Virus record (IMG/VR): IMGVR_UViG_3300030846_000100
Span: 1-64,000 of that record
Length of the DNA stretch: 64,000 bases
Origin: a virus
Taxonomy: Duplodnaviria > Caudoviricetes
Strand: one strand, 5' to 3'
Below the pieces are notes generated by a model that did no database searches, was not told the origin of the DNA, and worked only from the letters and a program-made list of their open reading frames with translations. Both the position numbers and the translations under genes were made by a program. Below, in pieces: positions 46,460-55,533 of this stretch. The first letter of the stretch is position 1, and each line of letters starts with the position of its first letter.

Positions 46460-49400
46460 TCACGAACTGCTTGATGAGTTGATGCCAATCTGTTCACCAA
46501 CCTTATCACTGATCGTCGAGGCGCCTCTATCTGAAGGTCGTTCAGTCGCGAAGTTCAGACGATCACGAATGATCGATGATGCCCTCATGATCAACGCTTT
46601 TTCCATGTCTTCGGCATTCATGGAGACCTGAAGGTTGACCGTGATGTTGACGGGTTTCGTTTGGATCGTGTACTGAGCCTTGGAACCGAGACCCACGTTC
46701 GCCGCGACCTGTTGCAACTTCGTCTTCACGTTGATCGTGTTTAGTCTCCCATCAGAAAGAGCTTCGTCCATCTTATTTACCTGGTCGATCATTTCTTGGA
46801 TTGCCTTGAGAGCGGGAGCAAGACCAGCTTGTTTGATTTCTTTGACGGCACCATTCAATTCGGACGCAAATCCTTTGAACACGTTCATTGAACTCGCTGC
46901 GTTCTTGATGCTATCGGTGACCGTTCCGAACGTTTCGATTGATTTCGACAATGCGACACCTTGCTCGGGGGAGACGATGTCGAAAGAGATATTCGCAAAT
47001 TTGGCCTTGATTCCATCGATGGTTTTTTGTAGATCAAAATCCTTGCTCGTTAATTTTTTACCCAAGCTTTCAAGATCGATTATCTTTGACTTAGCCTCGT
47101 CGAGAGTGGTGGGTGATATAAAACTATCGGCTGAAACGACCGCTTTCGTCGCCGTCGATTTGTTTTCAAGCGTAATTTTCTTTGCTTGTTCCATTCGATC
47201 ATTGATGCGATGCAATTCTTCTTCTAGATCACCGATCTGAGCGTTATTTTGAGCTCTCATGTTCGGTGCATCGGACACGAGAGTTGCCACACCTCCAAGC
47301 AAATCTTGCGTGAATCCCGATACACCTTCTTGACTTTCCTTCAATTCCTTGATGGCACTTTTTATCGCGTCGGCTTGTCCCTGAAGAGCGTTAACGCTCT
47401 TGTTCTTACCTCCCGATTGAGCAAGAGCTATTGCACCGTGATTTTGGGCATCTGCGCTCTTTTTAAATGATTCATCAATGATCTCTTTGCCTTTCATTCC
47501 GATGTATGCGACCGCAGCGAGACCGACAGCACCACCCAGAACGTTACCGACACCCGATGCTCCGAGTTTCAGTGCGAACGAATTCGCCATCGTAGCCGCG
47601 GATGCAATGAGCGGGACGGATGCCATCTTAGCGAACAACGAACCAGCCGCGGTTGATGCTTTTGACAACCCGCCAGATACCGCGTTAGATACAGCAGATG
47701 CACCAGCTGACCCACCACTACCGAATATCTTACCCAAGTAACCCATTGCAGCTGAAGTTCCAGCTTTCACTGCTGCAGAAGATGCGAACGATTCAAGCGT
47801 CGTCTTTACTATGAAGCTCGTGAACGCTGCGAGACCAGCTCTTGCAATCGCGGGACCGAACATCATTGCCACGGCAACCTTACCCGCGGAGATCAGTGCG
47901 GTCGAGATTGGAGGCTCTTGAACCGCTTGCTTCAACTTATCAAAAAGGACGATTAACAAGCCTTTCAGCGCGGGCCAGATGACACTTCCAGCATCCTTCA
48001 ACGAACCTGCAGTTTGCATGACAAGGTCGGTGAAGAATCCGAACTCTTGGCCTTGACCTTTGATGTTCTTCATGAACGCCTTCGGATCATGAATGAACTC
48101 AGTCAACGTTGACAACGTCTTTGCAATGCTCTTCGCGAGCAGGGGAATAGAATCATTAACGATCTTGACAACGAACTTGAATATGTCCTTGAACCCATCG
48201 TAGATCTTCATTGCAACGGGGCCCTGAGCGTTGAAGAACTTCATGAACTGATCCTTGATTCCCGCCAACGCCTCAGTCAACCCTTTTTGACCGGTGAAAT
48301 AATCCTTAATCGCATCGGAAACGCTTTGTGCGACGGCTCGGAATTTCTTTGGATCAAAGAATTCACGCAATCCTGATAAGAACTTACCCAAACCTGGCAT
48401 GATCTTTGGTAGTTGTCTACCCAGGTCAACACCGACGTAGTAGACCTGTTGCAACCCGTTCTTGATGTTGGAAATGATCTTGATGAAATCCTTTGAAGAC
48501 TGGAATCCTCGACTCACACCCTTGACGAACATGTCAAAGTAACTACCTGTTTGATCCTGCAACTTGACCATGCGTTCAATTGAATCAGCAAGCTTACCCA
48601 TCGCTTCAGCTTGGGTGAGTTGTTTCTTCTCAGCGACATCGCTCTTCTTCTTGATCTGGTCAAGTTCGACACCTTGATTCTTCAATGAGAATGCTTGCTT
48701 TGCGGTTGCCTCATCGAGACCCGTGGTCGATGCCAAGAGGTGCAATTGTTGACGATTGAAATTCGCCACGTCAACGCCCGCTCTTGCGAACGATTTCTTC
48801 AGCATGTCCATCTGTTCGGCAGGACTTTGTGCTTCCATCAATTTGAAGGCATCGATCGTGATACCAAACGATTGCGTTAATTTTGCCGCTGATTCTGCAG
48901 CGGAGTCGAAAGTTTCGAATTGATCAAGCGTCCCCGTGATCTTGTCGAGTTCAAGACCCAACTTACGTGCGTAGACGGAAGCTTGCCCGATCTCCTTGAC
49001 CGACAATTGAGCGAAGTGCTTCATGTCGTCGAAGGCCTTCCCCATGTCTTTACCGATCACCTTTTGGGATATACCAAAAGCATCGCCAAGTGCAAGAGTC
49101 TGTTTCGTCGTGTCAAGAAGGAACTTGCTCATCGGTTTACCGACTGAGATCGCCCTTTGAGCAAGGGATTTCATCGTATCGGCCGTTAAACCGAGACCCT
49201 TTTGAAATCCGAGCAAGGCGCCTCCATTATCTTCCCATTCCTTGCGTGTGGAATCAAACGTCGCTCCCATCGCTTCCGCGTTTTCTTTCAGGAACGTTAG
49301 ACGTTGAGCGACGTCTCCGAACACCCTCCATGCTGATAGACCCGTGTCGGAGAATCCCTTCAAGTCCCTTGATAGACCCGTCAATGCCAGGGACGTGGGA

Positions 49401-50131
49401 CCCTTTAGATCGCCGAATTCTTTTCTCAGATCTTCAATTGCTTGTGCAAATTCGCCCCAGTTCGCTGATGCGGACGCGGCGAGGTCAACGAGACCCGTGA
49501 ATATCTTCAATGGAATGGATGCAATTGCAAGACCAACGTTGAAAACGGTGCTCGATAATTCAGTCAACACGCCGATGAACGATTTTGACACAGCGACGAC
49601 ATTGTCAAAGCCTTGCTTGAATCCACTGATCGCCGCTGCAGCGATGAAGATCGCTTTTGGAAATTTACCCCGGAAGAACTTTTCAAGACCCGACATGTTG
49701 TCGTTGAAACCTTTTCCGGATTTCTTCGCATTGTCAATCATTTCACTGATCTGATCAAAGTTGGATCCCGCGGTTCCAGCGTTCTTCAGGTTCTTTGAAC
49801 TATCCTTGATGCGATCATTGAACGCTTTCACCGAATCATCGGCGACACTTGCACCCTTCGCAGCTTTACCCATCGCGTCGGCCGACGTCGAAGCAATGTC
49901 TCCTAAACTATCGGCAAGACCCTTTACACGTGCTGTGAGTGTGGCGATCTCAGCGTTCGCCTTCTTGACATCAAGGGCATTCAACGCTTCGGTGATCTTT
50001 TCAATGTACTGCGACTGGTTAGCGTACGATTGCTCGATCCGAGTCATGGTCATCGCCATGCGCTCGATCACGCTGTTCATCTTTTGTGTTATTGAGAGCT
50101 GATCCTCAAGATTCTCTTTGGAAGTAGCCAC
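46460..50131 (-). CDS. Tail tape measure protein
   Basis: 1223 aa, Ala/Lys/Ser-rich helical, GTG start, located between chaperone and baseplate genes. Confidence 0.88.
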   Translation of the reverse strand: MATSKENLEDQLSITQKMNSVIERMAMTMTRIEQSYANQSQYIEKITEALNALDVKKANAEIATLTARVKGLADSLGDIASTSADAMGKAAKGASVADDSVKAFNDRIKDSSKNLKNAGTAGSNFDQISEMIDNAKKSGKGFNDNMSGLEKFFRGKFPKAIFIAAAAISGFKQGFDNVVAVSKSFIGVLTELSSTVFNVGLAIASIPLKIFTGLVDLAASASANWGEFAQAIEDLRKEFGDLKGPTSLALTGLSRDLKGFSDTGLSAWRVFGDVAQRLTFLKENAEAMGATFDSTRKEWEDNGGALLGFQKGLGLTADTMKSLAQRAISVGKPMSKFLLDTTKQTLALGDAFGISQKVIGKDMGKAFDDMKHFAQLSVKEIGQASVYARKLGLELDKITGTLDQFETFDSAAESAAKLTQSFGITIDAFKLMEAQSPAEQMDMLKKSFARAGVDVANFNRQQLHLLASTTGLDEATAKQAFSLKNQGVELDQIKKKSDVAEKKQLTQAEAMGKLADSIERMVKLQDQTGSYFDMFVKGVSRGFQSSKDFIKIISNIKNGLQQVYYVGVDLGRQLPKIMPGLGKFLSGLREFFDPKKFRAVAQSVSDAIKDYFTGQKGLTEALAGIKDQFMKFFNAQGPVAMKIYDGFKDIFKFVVKIVNDSIPLLAKSIAKTLSTLTEFIHDPKAFMKNIKGQGQEFGFFTDLVMQTAGSLKDAGSVIWPALKGLLIVLFDKLKQAVQEPPISTALISAGKVAVAMMFGPAIARAGLAAFTSFIVKTTLESFASSAAVKAGTSAAMGYLGKIFGSGGSAGASAVSNAVSGGLSKASTAAGSLFAKMASVPLIASAATMANSFALKLGASGVGNVLGGAVGLAAVAYIGMKGKEIIDESFKKSADAQNHGAIALAQSGGKNKSVNALQGQADAIKSAIKELKESQEGVSGFTQDLLGGVATLVSDAPNMRAQNNAQIGDLEEELHRINDRMEQAKKITLENKSTATKAVVSADSFISPTTLDEAKSKIIDLESLGKKLTSKDFDLQKTIDGIKAKFANISFDIVSPEQGVALSKSIETFGTVTDSIKNAASSMNVFKGFASELNGAVKEIKQAGLAPALKAIQEMIDQVNKMDEALSDGRLNTINVKTKLQQVAANVGLGSKAQYTIQTKPVNITVNLQVSMNAEDMEKALIMRASSIIRDRLNFATERPSDRGASTISDKVGEQIGINSSSSS

Positions 50132-50135
50132 GTCA

Positions 50136-50142
50136 TAAGTAA
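50136..50142 (-). promoter_or_regulatory. Candidate late promoter variant TTACTTA
   Basis: 4 nt before GTG 50131. Confidence 0.35.
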
Positions 50143-50155
50143 GCGTTCGTTAGCT

Positions 50156-50797
50156 TTAAGCACCGTAATCCAACAAAACGATTCGCCCATCTGGGGCTTT
50201 ACCCCACTGACGAGATTGAGCAACGTCAACGAATGTCTGTGATCGCCAATTGAAAACGAATTCAACGAACCTTTGAAGGACGTCATCATGCGTACCCGAT
50301 GAAAAATGATCGATCCACATTTTGGTCGCAGGTGAATTGGGAGATTCAGTTCTCGCGCCGTCCAAAGCACTTTTTTGACGTTGAGAAACCATCGTCGTCA
50401 TGAAGTTGTACATTGAACGTCGTTTGATCCCCAAGAAATCCTCGACCTCATCGAGCGACTCGCACGGATTCACGAGCTCCGTAACAATCCATTCGTAATT
50501 TGGTTCATGTTCAAAAACTTTCGTGATGAACTCCGATTTCGCAGAATCAAGTTCACATTCATTTTGAATGCGACCGAATTGGTGTGCTGCAATCTTCAAC
50601 GCGCGCTTTGATGACAACGCGAACACCTTTCTTGAACTACCTTCACCGATGAATTGTAAACGAGAAGATGCGTATTCAAGTCGTTGTTGTTCGGTGGTGA
50701 ATGATTTGAATTCGCTCCAGTCGAACGGTAATCTTTTGTTCTTGTTTCGAACCTCGTTCAATACGAGTTTGACGAATTCACGTAACATTTTACTCAC
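50156..50797 (-). CDS. Protein-kinase-like paralog (family K) with shared leader
   Basis: MLREFVKLVLNE; GEGSSR.VF, ALKIA, QNECE, DV...QWG, VLLDYG. Confidence 0.75.
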   Translation of the reverse strand: MSKMLREFVKLVLNEVRNKNKRLPFDWSEFKSFTTEQQRLEYASSRLQFIGEGSSRKVFALSSKRALKIAAHQFGRIQNECELDSAKSEFITKVFEHEPNYEWIVTELVNPCESLDEVEDFLGIKRRSMYNFMTTMVSQRQKSALDGARTESPNSPATKMWIDHFSSGTHDDVLQRFVEFVFNWRSQTFVDVAQSRQWGKAPDGRIVLLDYGA

Positions 50798-51539
50798 GTG
50801 AATCCAAATCTGCCTTCATTGCGTAGTAAAAGTCATCACCTTTGCCTTTACCCGTGTTTAGACGATCAATCGCAGCTTGACCCTTTTCGCCAACGTACAC
50901 CTTACGCGTCTCTTCGTTGTACCCGTAATCGAGCAACACGATTCTCTGATCAGTCGTGACTCCCCAATGTTCAAGAGGTACTAAATCTTGATCCAACAAG
51001 CCGATCTCACGAAAATGAATGATGGCATTCACGAACGATTGAAACTTTTCAACATTCTCGGGAAGGGCGTAAAATTCTATCTTTGCCCATGATCTTTTGC
51101 CAACATTATCAACGTATTGAATGACATTGTTCATGTTCATTCGAGATACGAGGCCCGTCAATCGACAAAATTCTTCCTTGTTCTTCACCGGACGAACGAG
51201 CTCGCTGATCAACCAGATGTTTCGTGGTTCGGATTCATAGACACGAGCAACGTACTGCTTGAACTCTTGTGACATCGAATCGTACAACGTGCGTTCCGCC
51301 TTGTTCTGAGCACGACCAATGTCATCACGTTTGAACGAACCACCCACAACCTTGAGAACCTTTCGAGACGACAAAAGGTACACAGTGCGTGATGAACCTT
51401 TACCCATTTCTTGGAGGCCCGTCATTCGGCAGTAAGATTGAACTTCTGCAGCGTCTTCGCAATCACGAAGTGTTTTGATTCGAAAGAGTTCGTTTCGAAG
51501 ACGCTCGTTCAACGATAGACGAACGAATTCACGGATCAT
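50790..51539 (-). CDS. Protein-kinase-like paralog (family K) with shared leader
   Basis: MIREFVRLSLNE; GKGSSR.VY, VLKVV, QNKAE, DL...HWG, VLLDYG. Confidence 0.75.
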   Translation of the reverse strand: MIREFVRLSLNERLRNELFRIKTLRDCEDAAEVQSYCRMTGLQEMGKGSSRTVYLLSSRKVLKVVGGSFKRDDIGRAQNKAERTLYDSMSQEFKQYVARVYESEPRNIWLISELVRPVKNKEEFCRLTGLVSRMNMNNVIQYVDNVGKRSWAKIEFYALPENVEKFQSFVNAIIHFREIGLLDQDLVPLEHWGVTTDQRIVLLDYGYNEETRKVYVGEKGQAAIDRLNTGKGKGDDFYYAMKADLDSRE

Positions 51540-51793
51540 AAAGGAAACTTCACACCGAATGTTCTTTCGAACCTCTCAGCGTCCATGTTCTTGACGTTCA
51601 GGTGGGTCATCACGCTGTTCACCGTTGCGCCAGGTTTTGCTAGCTCCTCCTGAAATTTTCTGCTCGACATCATCGCATTCGCAACGGCCTCTATCTCGTC
51701 CTTCGTGCCCCTGAGCTTGACGTTCGTGGCTTTTCCAACCGCCCATGCTGCAAGCGATCCTAAAAAGAGTTTTCCGAGGAGATTAAGATGCAC
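51536..51793 (-). CDS. Small late hypothetical protein
   Basis: 85 aa, GTG start 4 nt after ATAATTA. Confidence 0.65.
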   Translation of the reverse strand: MHLNLLGKLFLGSLAAWAVGKATNVKLRGTKDEIEAVANAMMSSRKFQEELAKPGATVNSVMTHLNVKNMDAERFERTFGVKFPL

Positions 51794-51796
51794 AGC

Positions 51797-52096
51797 TTAA
51801 TTATCTTCCTTTCGTAACAAGAGAAAACCCATGCTCTTTATCAAGACGTTCGTGTACTTCATTGTCCAGGAGAATTTGGACATGTTTTTAAGATTGATTA
51901 GCGTGATACCACTTTCACTTTTTTCGATCACGAGTAAATCATTCCCCCGATTAAGATCAAATACAAGCAAATCACCTGGCAAAAGATCTTCAATTCGTGT
52001 CGACGAAATCGATAAATTCCTATAACGAACCTGTTCGGGCGTAGGGTAGGGGTACATCACGATCACGTACATATCGGAATCAATTTCCAGCCACAT
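51797..52096 (-). CDS. Small L.PGD-family protein
   Basis: IEDLLPGDLLV...LLVIEK..GITL; start uncertain. Confidence 0.55.
   Translation of the reverse strand: MWLEIDSDMYVIVMYPYPTPEQVRYRNLSISSTRIEDLLPGDLLVFDLNRGNDLLVIEKSESGITLINLKNMSKFSWTMKYTNVLIKSMGFLLLRKEDN
51798..51804 (-). promoter_or_regulatory. Candidate late promoter ATAATTA
   Basis: 4 nt before GTG 51793. Confidence 0.55.
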
Positions 52097-52323
52097 CGAT
52101 CTATGTCAAGAAATTCGTTCGCTGCAAGTTGCCAAGTAAGGTAGGTGATTTCACGAGTGATCAACGTGATCTTCGTTTCGTCAACACTGATGACGAGCAG
52201 AGTTTCATTTTCGTGCTCGGGATGATCGGAATCTTGATCGATCAAAAAATCGCCCGGAACCAATTCACCGATGAGCGTTTTTAAATTTCCGGATGTTGAC
52301 ATTTGCACGTCCAGGACTTGCAT
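52063..52323 (-). CDS. Small L.PGD-family protein
   Basis: IGELVPGDFLI...LLVISV..KITL. Confidence 0.55.
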   Translation of the reverse strand: MQVLDVQMSTSGNLKTLIGELVPGDFLIDQDSDHPEHENETLLVISVDETKITLITREITYLTWQLAANEFLDIDRCGWKLIPICT

Positions 52324-52970
52324 GCGAGTTCAAGAGAAGATGCAGTGATCTTTGGAATTGACATGGAATCAGAATCAATCCCATCAGTCGAATGTTCATT
52401 GGTTCTTCCAAGAACGTGACCAATTTCATGCATCATTACCACTCGTACCGTAGATTGAATCAGTTCACTTTTGATTCGAATGATTGCGTTATCCCAAGTC
52501 CCCGTCGTCTGTCCCAATCGAGTACCCGTCATGTTCGTACGATCGCCGTATTGAACAACGTGTTCGCCTTCACCCACAACGAGATTCGTACAAGTTGCAA
52601 CGCTCCAACGTTGAAGAACGATCGGTAATTGAGCCGTGAGGTACCCGTAAGGATCGGGACCTACAATTGAAAACGACATCGTAGGAACGATCTTAACTGA
52701 TCCCGCATCGTGCCCAGCATCAATCGGTGGGACGATTTCAACAACACTTGCGTCATCAATAAAAAAGTGAAGTGCTGCGTCATCGATTCCAGCATCCAGA
52801 CACGTACCTGCATCATCAACGGGTATTTTCGAGTCAACTAGAACAATCCCAACGGAAGAATCAACGATGATCGTACCACCGTCAATAATGGGTGGTTCGT
52901 TGATCAACTGAGTTACATCTTGACCGTTGCATGCAATTAACGAGATGCATGCAAACAAAGACAACTTCAT
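52281..52970 (-). CDS. Lipoprotein with DAG-rich linker and zinc metalloprotease (matrixin-like) domain
   Basis: MKLSLFACISLIA-C; DGG/DAG repeats; HEIGHVLG....H. Confidence 0.75.
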   Translation of the reverse strand: MKLSLFACISLIACNGQDVTQLINEPPIIDGGTIIVDSSVGIVLVDSKIPVDDAGTCLDAGIDDAALHFFIDDASVVEIVPPIDAGHDAGSVKIVPTMSFSIVGPDPYGYLTAQLPIVLQRWSVATCTNLVVGEGEHVVQYGDRTNMTGTRLGQTTGTWDNAIIRIKSELIQSTVRVVMMHEIGHVLGRTNEHSTDGIDSDSMSIPKITASSLELACKSWTCKCQHPEI

Positions 52971-53005
52971 AATCTATCATACTATGAAAGTGAAAAAAGA
53001 ACAAT

Positions 53006-53869
53006 TTATGTGATTCGAGAAATTAACGCATCAATGTTCAAGTATTCATCGCAAATGACACGAATTAGCCTCATATTTCGTGCTTTGAACCATTCATTTT
53101 GTCGTTGGTCGATCAACATTTTTCCATGAATGGACTTGTCTTGTTTTGATTTGAACTCAGCAACTTCGTTCAAATCTCGCAACGTTCCATCACTTTTATA
53201 ACCATGCCAGTAACTGTCGTATTGAACGTATGTGTCAATTGATTTGACATGAAAGTCTATGAACCAGTGATCGTTGATCTGGACTTGACGTTCAACATCG
53301 TTTTCACCAAAATGATCGATCAAGATTGAGTGAATGATTTCTTCGGGTTTTGATGTTTTGAACGAATTGTTTAATTTCATTGTCTCAAATTTTTTCGTGT
53401 TTCTTTTTACCCAATCAACTTTTTTGAATGAATCGCGACATCTTTGTTCAATTTCTGGATCATTGTATCGTTTTTTGCATTGTTTCGTTCCTAAAAACGA
53501 AATTTTTCCGTAACGTTTTAAACAAGTTTTTTGACGATTTTCAATTGAAATTCGTGATTGACCTGTAGTTTCTACTCCGTATTTTTGTAAACATGTTATA
53601 CGAGATTTTTTTAAACACTCACTTGAACTTAATGGCGAAGTCGTTCCGTACTTTGCTAAACAAGTTGCTTCTTTCTTTGAGCGTAAAATTCCACCTTTAG
53701 CCGAAAGTCTAAAACACTCTCTTTTACAGAAATGTAATTTTCCTTGGCGTTTTAAACCGCTTTCGAATTTAGTTGAACATTCATCACAACTAAAAACGTT
53801 AATAGATTTGTACCATTGACGACCTAATCTATCAATTTTTGAAGGAATTTTTTTCGTTTCAACGAACAT
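53006..53869 (-). mobile_element. Free-standing Vsr-like homing endonuclease with CxxxYG repeats
   Basis: TCLAKYG, TCLQKYG and TCLKRYG repeats; IDFHV..IDTYVQYDSYWHG; close paralog of 29325-30318. Confidence 0.75.
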
Positions 53870-54142
53870 TACGTAAATCTTCGTAACCTTGAAGGTTGTT
53901 GATTTCTTTGCATTCCCATTAACTCACGAGTTTGAGGATCATTTGTATGAACAGCACGATTCGGAGGGGGATCGTTTGAATCTTTGCCTTTAATTTCTCG
54001 TATGATTCTATCAACAAACCAACGACGAAATGGAACGGGAAGATTATACGCTTCGGCGTAAGTAAATCCCCCGTAATATAGCAATACGAAAATTGGTTCT
54101 AAAAAGAGTAAAGCCTTATCTTCAGGTCTCAGGCCAAAAAAA
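53869..54142 (-). CDS. Tail assembly chaperone C-terminal extension (gp51-like), probably reached by a +1 frameshift
   Basis: Frame is open from the T7 run: FFGLRPEDKALLFLEPIFVLLYYGGFTYAEAYNLPVPFRRWFVDRI; only internal start is TTG 54084. Confidence 0.6.
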
Positions 54143-54970
54143 CGTTGACCCGAGAGGGATGATCACTTCCTCGACGTGCCCACATGCTTCGCACTTCGTA
54201 TCCTGCTTCATGTCAATGCCAGGTTCATTGTCCTTCATGTACTTACGAAGCGCCCGGCTGTCAAGAGCGGGCATCATGCTGACGAACTTGATGATACGAG
54301 ATCGATCGTCATCACCATCGATCGATACGATCGCTTGAGCGAGGTTCGACGTGACGAGCGTATCGAGCTGTGACTTGAAGTTCTTCTTCATTCGTTCAGC
54401 CGTGACGGTGATCTCGTTCTTTGTCCTTCCGGTGAGGAACCTGAATCGAACCAGACGTTTTGAAACGGGGAGCTTCATCTCGAACAGATTCTCTCCCGTC
54501 ACGACCGGTTCAAGCGTCAGGCCCTTGATTCCCAGATTGGCGAGGTTGAATTGACGATCGGTCTGTTCACCGCATTCTTCACACTTGATTTGCGTGTCGT
54601 AATCAGTTCCGTAACCAACGGCACGAACCGCGATCATCAGTGCGTTCATGTCGCCCATCAGCAATGAATCAACATCGACTGATTTGTTACACAGACATGA
54701 CTTGATCAATTCGGAGATCACGGTGCCGTTCTTTAGCAACGCAGATGACGTGAGGATGTCCTCCTCACGTGCGGTCATCGCAGTGATATCGACGGTCTCA
54801 ACGAGGTGGAAAGGATGATCGGGCGGATACACCTTTCCTTTTGACGGAAGTGAGACCGCGGATACAGGGACAACGTCTACCTGCAACTGAACCTTCGGCA
54901 AGGTTGTTGTTTGCTGCGGTGTCTCCGAAAATACCTTGTTTGAGGACGATCTATCATCTGGCATGCTCAT
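54122..54970 (-). CDS. T4 gp26-like baseplate hub/tail assembly chaperone
   Basis: MTAREEDILT, LLMGD..AL.IAVRAVGYG..Y...I.C..C, second CxxC, ends FFWPET. Confidence 0.82.
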   Translation of the reverse strand: MSMPDDRSSSNKVFSETPQQTTTLPKVQLQVDVVPVSAVSLPSKGKVYPPDHPFHLVETVDITAMTAREEDILTSSALLKNGTVISELIKSCLCNKSVDVDSLLMGDMNALMIAVRAVGYGTDYDTQIKCEECGEQTDRQFNLANLGIKGLTLEPVVTGENLFEMKLPVSKRLVRFRFLTGRTKNEITVTAERMKKNFKSQLDTLVTSNLAQAIVSIDGDDDRSRIIKFVSMMPALDSRALRKYMKDNEPGIDMKQDTKCEACGHVEEVIIPLGSTFFWPET

Positions 54971-54994
54971 ATTGTATGAACAATGCCACGAATG

Positions 54995-55201
54995 TTAACC
55001 GTTTACACTACATGTTGATGATGACTCTGCCACATTCTGGCAGAGGTGCGATGTTGTCCTACCGAACGTTACATCGAAGTTGGAATTCACCTGGCGAAAG
55101 TTATGATCGCACTTGTGCTCCTTTACAGTACGAACGAGCTTGACAACACAAATCGTTACGACAACAACCAACACCGTTACAGCTAGAATGGTGAAAGCCA
55201 T
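54995..55201 (-). CDS. Small membrane protein
   Basis: N-terminal TM helix. Confidence 0.45.
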   Translation of the reverse strand: MAFTILAVTVLVVVVTICVVKLVRTVKEHKCDHNFRQVNSNFDVTFGRTTSHLCQNVAESSSTCSVNG

Positions 55202-55210
55202 GTACGATGA

Positions 55211-55486
55211 TCATGTAATCAGTGGATGAACACACGATCTTGTCCTCACCACCGTCCAATCAGATTTTTGTGAAAGTTGCGACCTGGTCATGTCGTAATC
55301 AACTTGAAACATTTTTCCAGGTTTCAGTTTCAGGTGAGCCGTACATACCATGAACACGACGCTCGTAATGTCCTGATTTCTGATACGTGACACGATCACG
55401 TAATACACGAGCTTGTTGTCATTCTTGAATAACATGTCACCCGGTAACAACGTTGTCCATTGTCCGTCCCAATCGTTGGTGATCAT
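55211..55486 (-). CDS. Small L.PGD-family protein
   Basis: WTTLLPGDMLF...YYVIVS. Confidence 0.55.
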   Translation of the reverse strand: MITNDWDGQWTTLLPGDMLFKNDNKLVYYVIVSRIRNQDITSVVFMVCTAHLKLKPGKMFQVDYDMTRSQLSQKSDWTVVRTRSCVHPLIT

Positions 55487-55533
55487 AGATAAAAAAGTAA
55501 GAAGTCCGACCCACCGAACAATAATTTCTCAAA

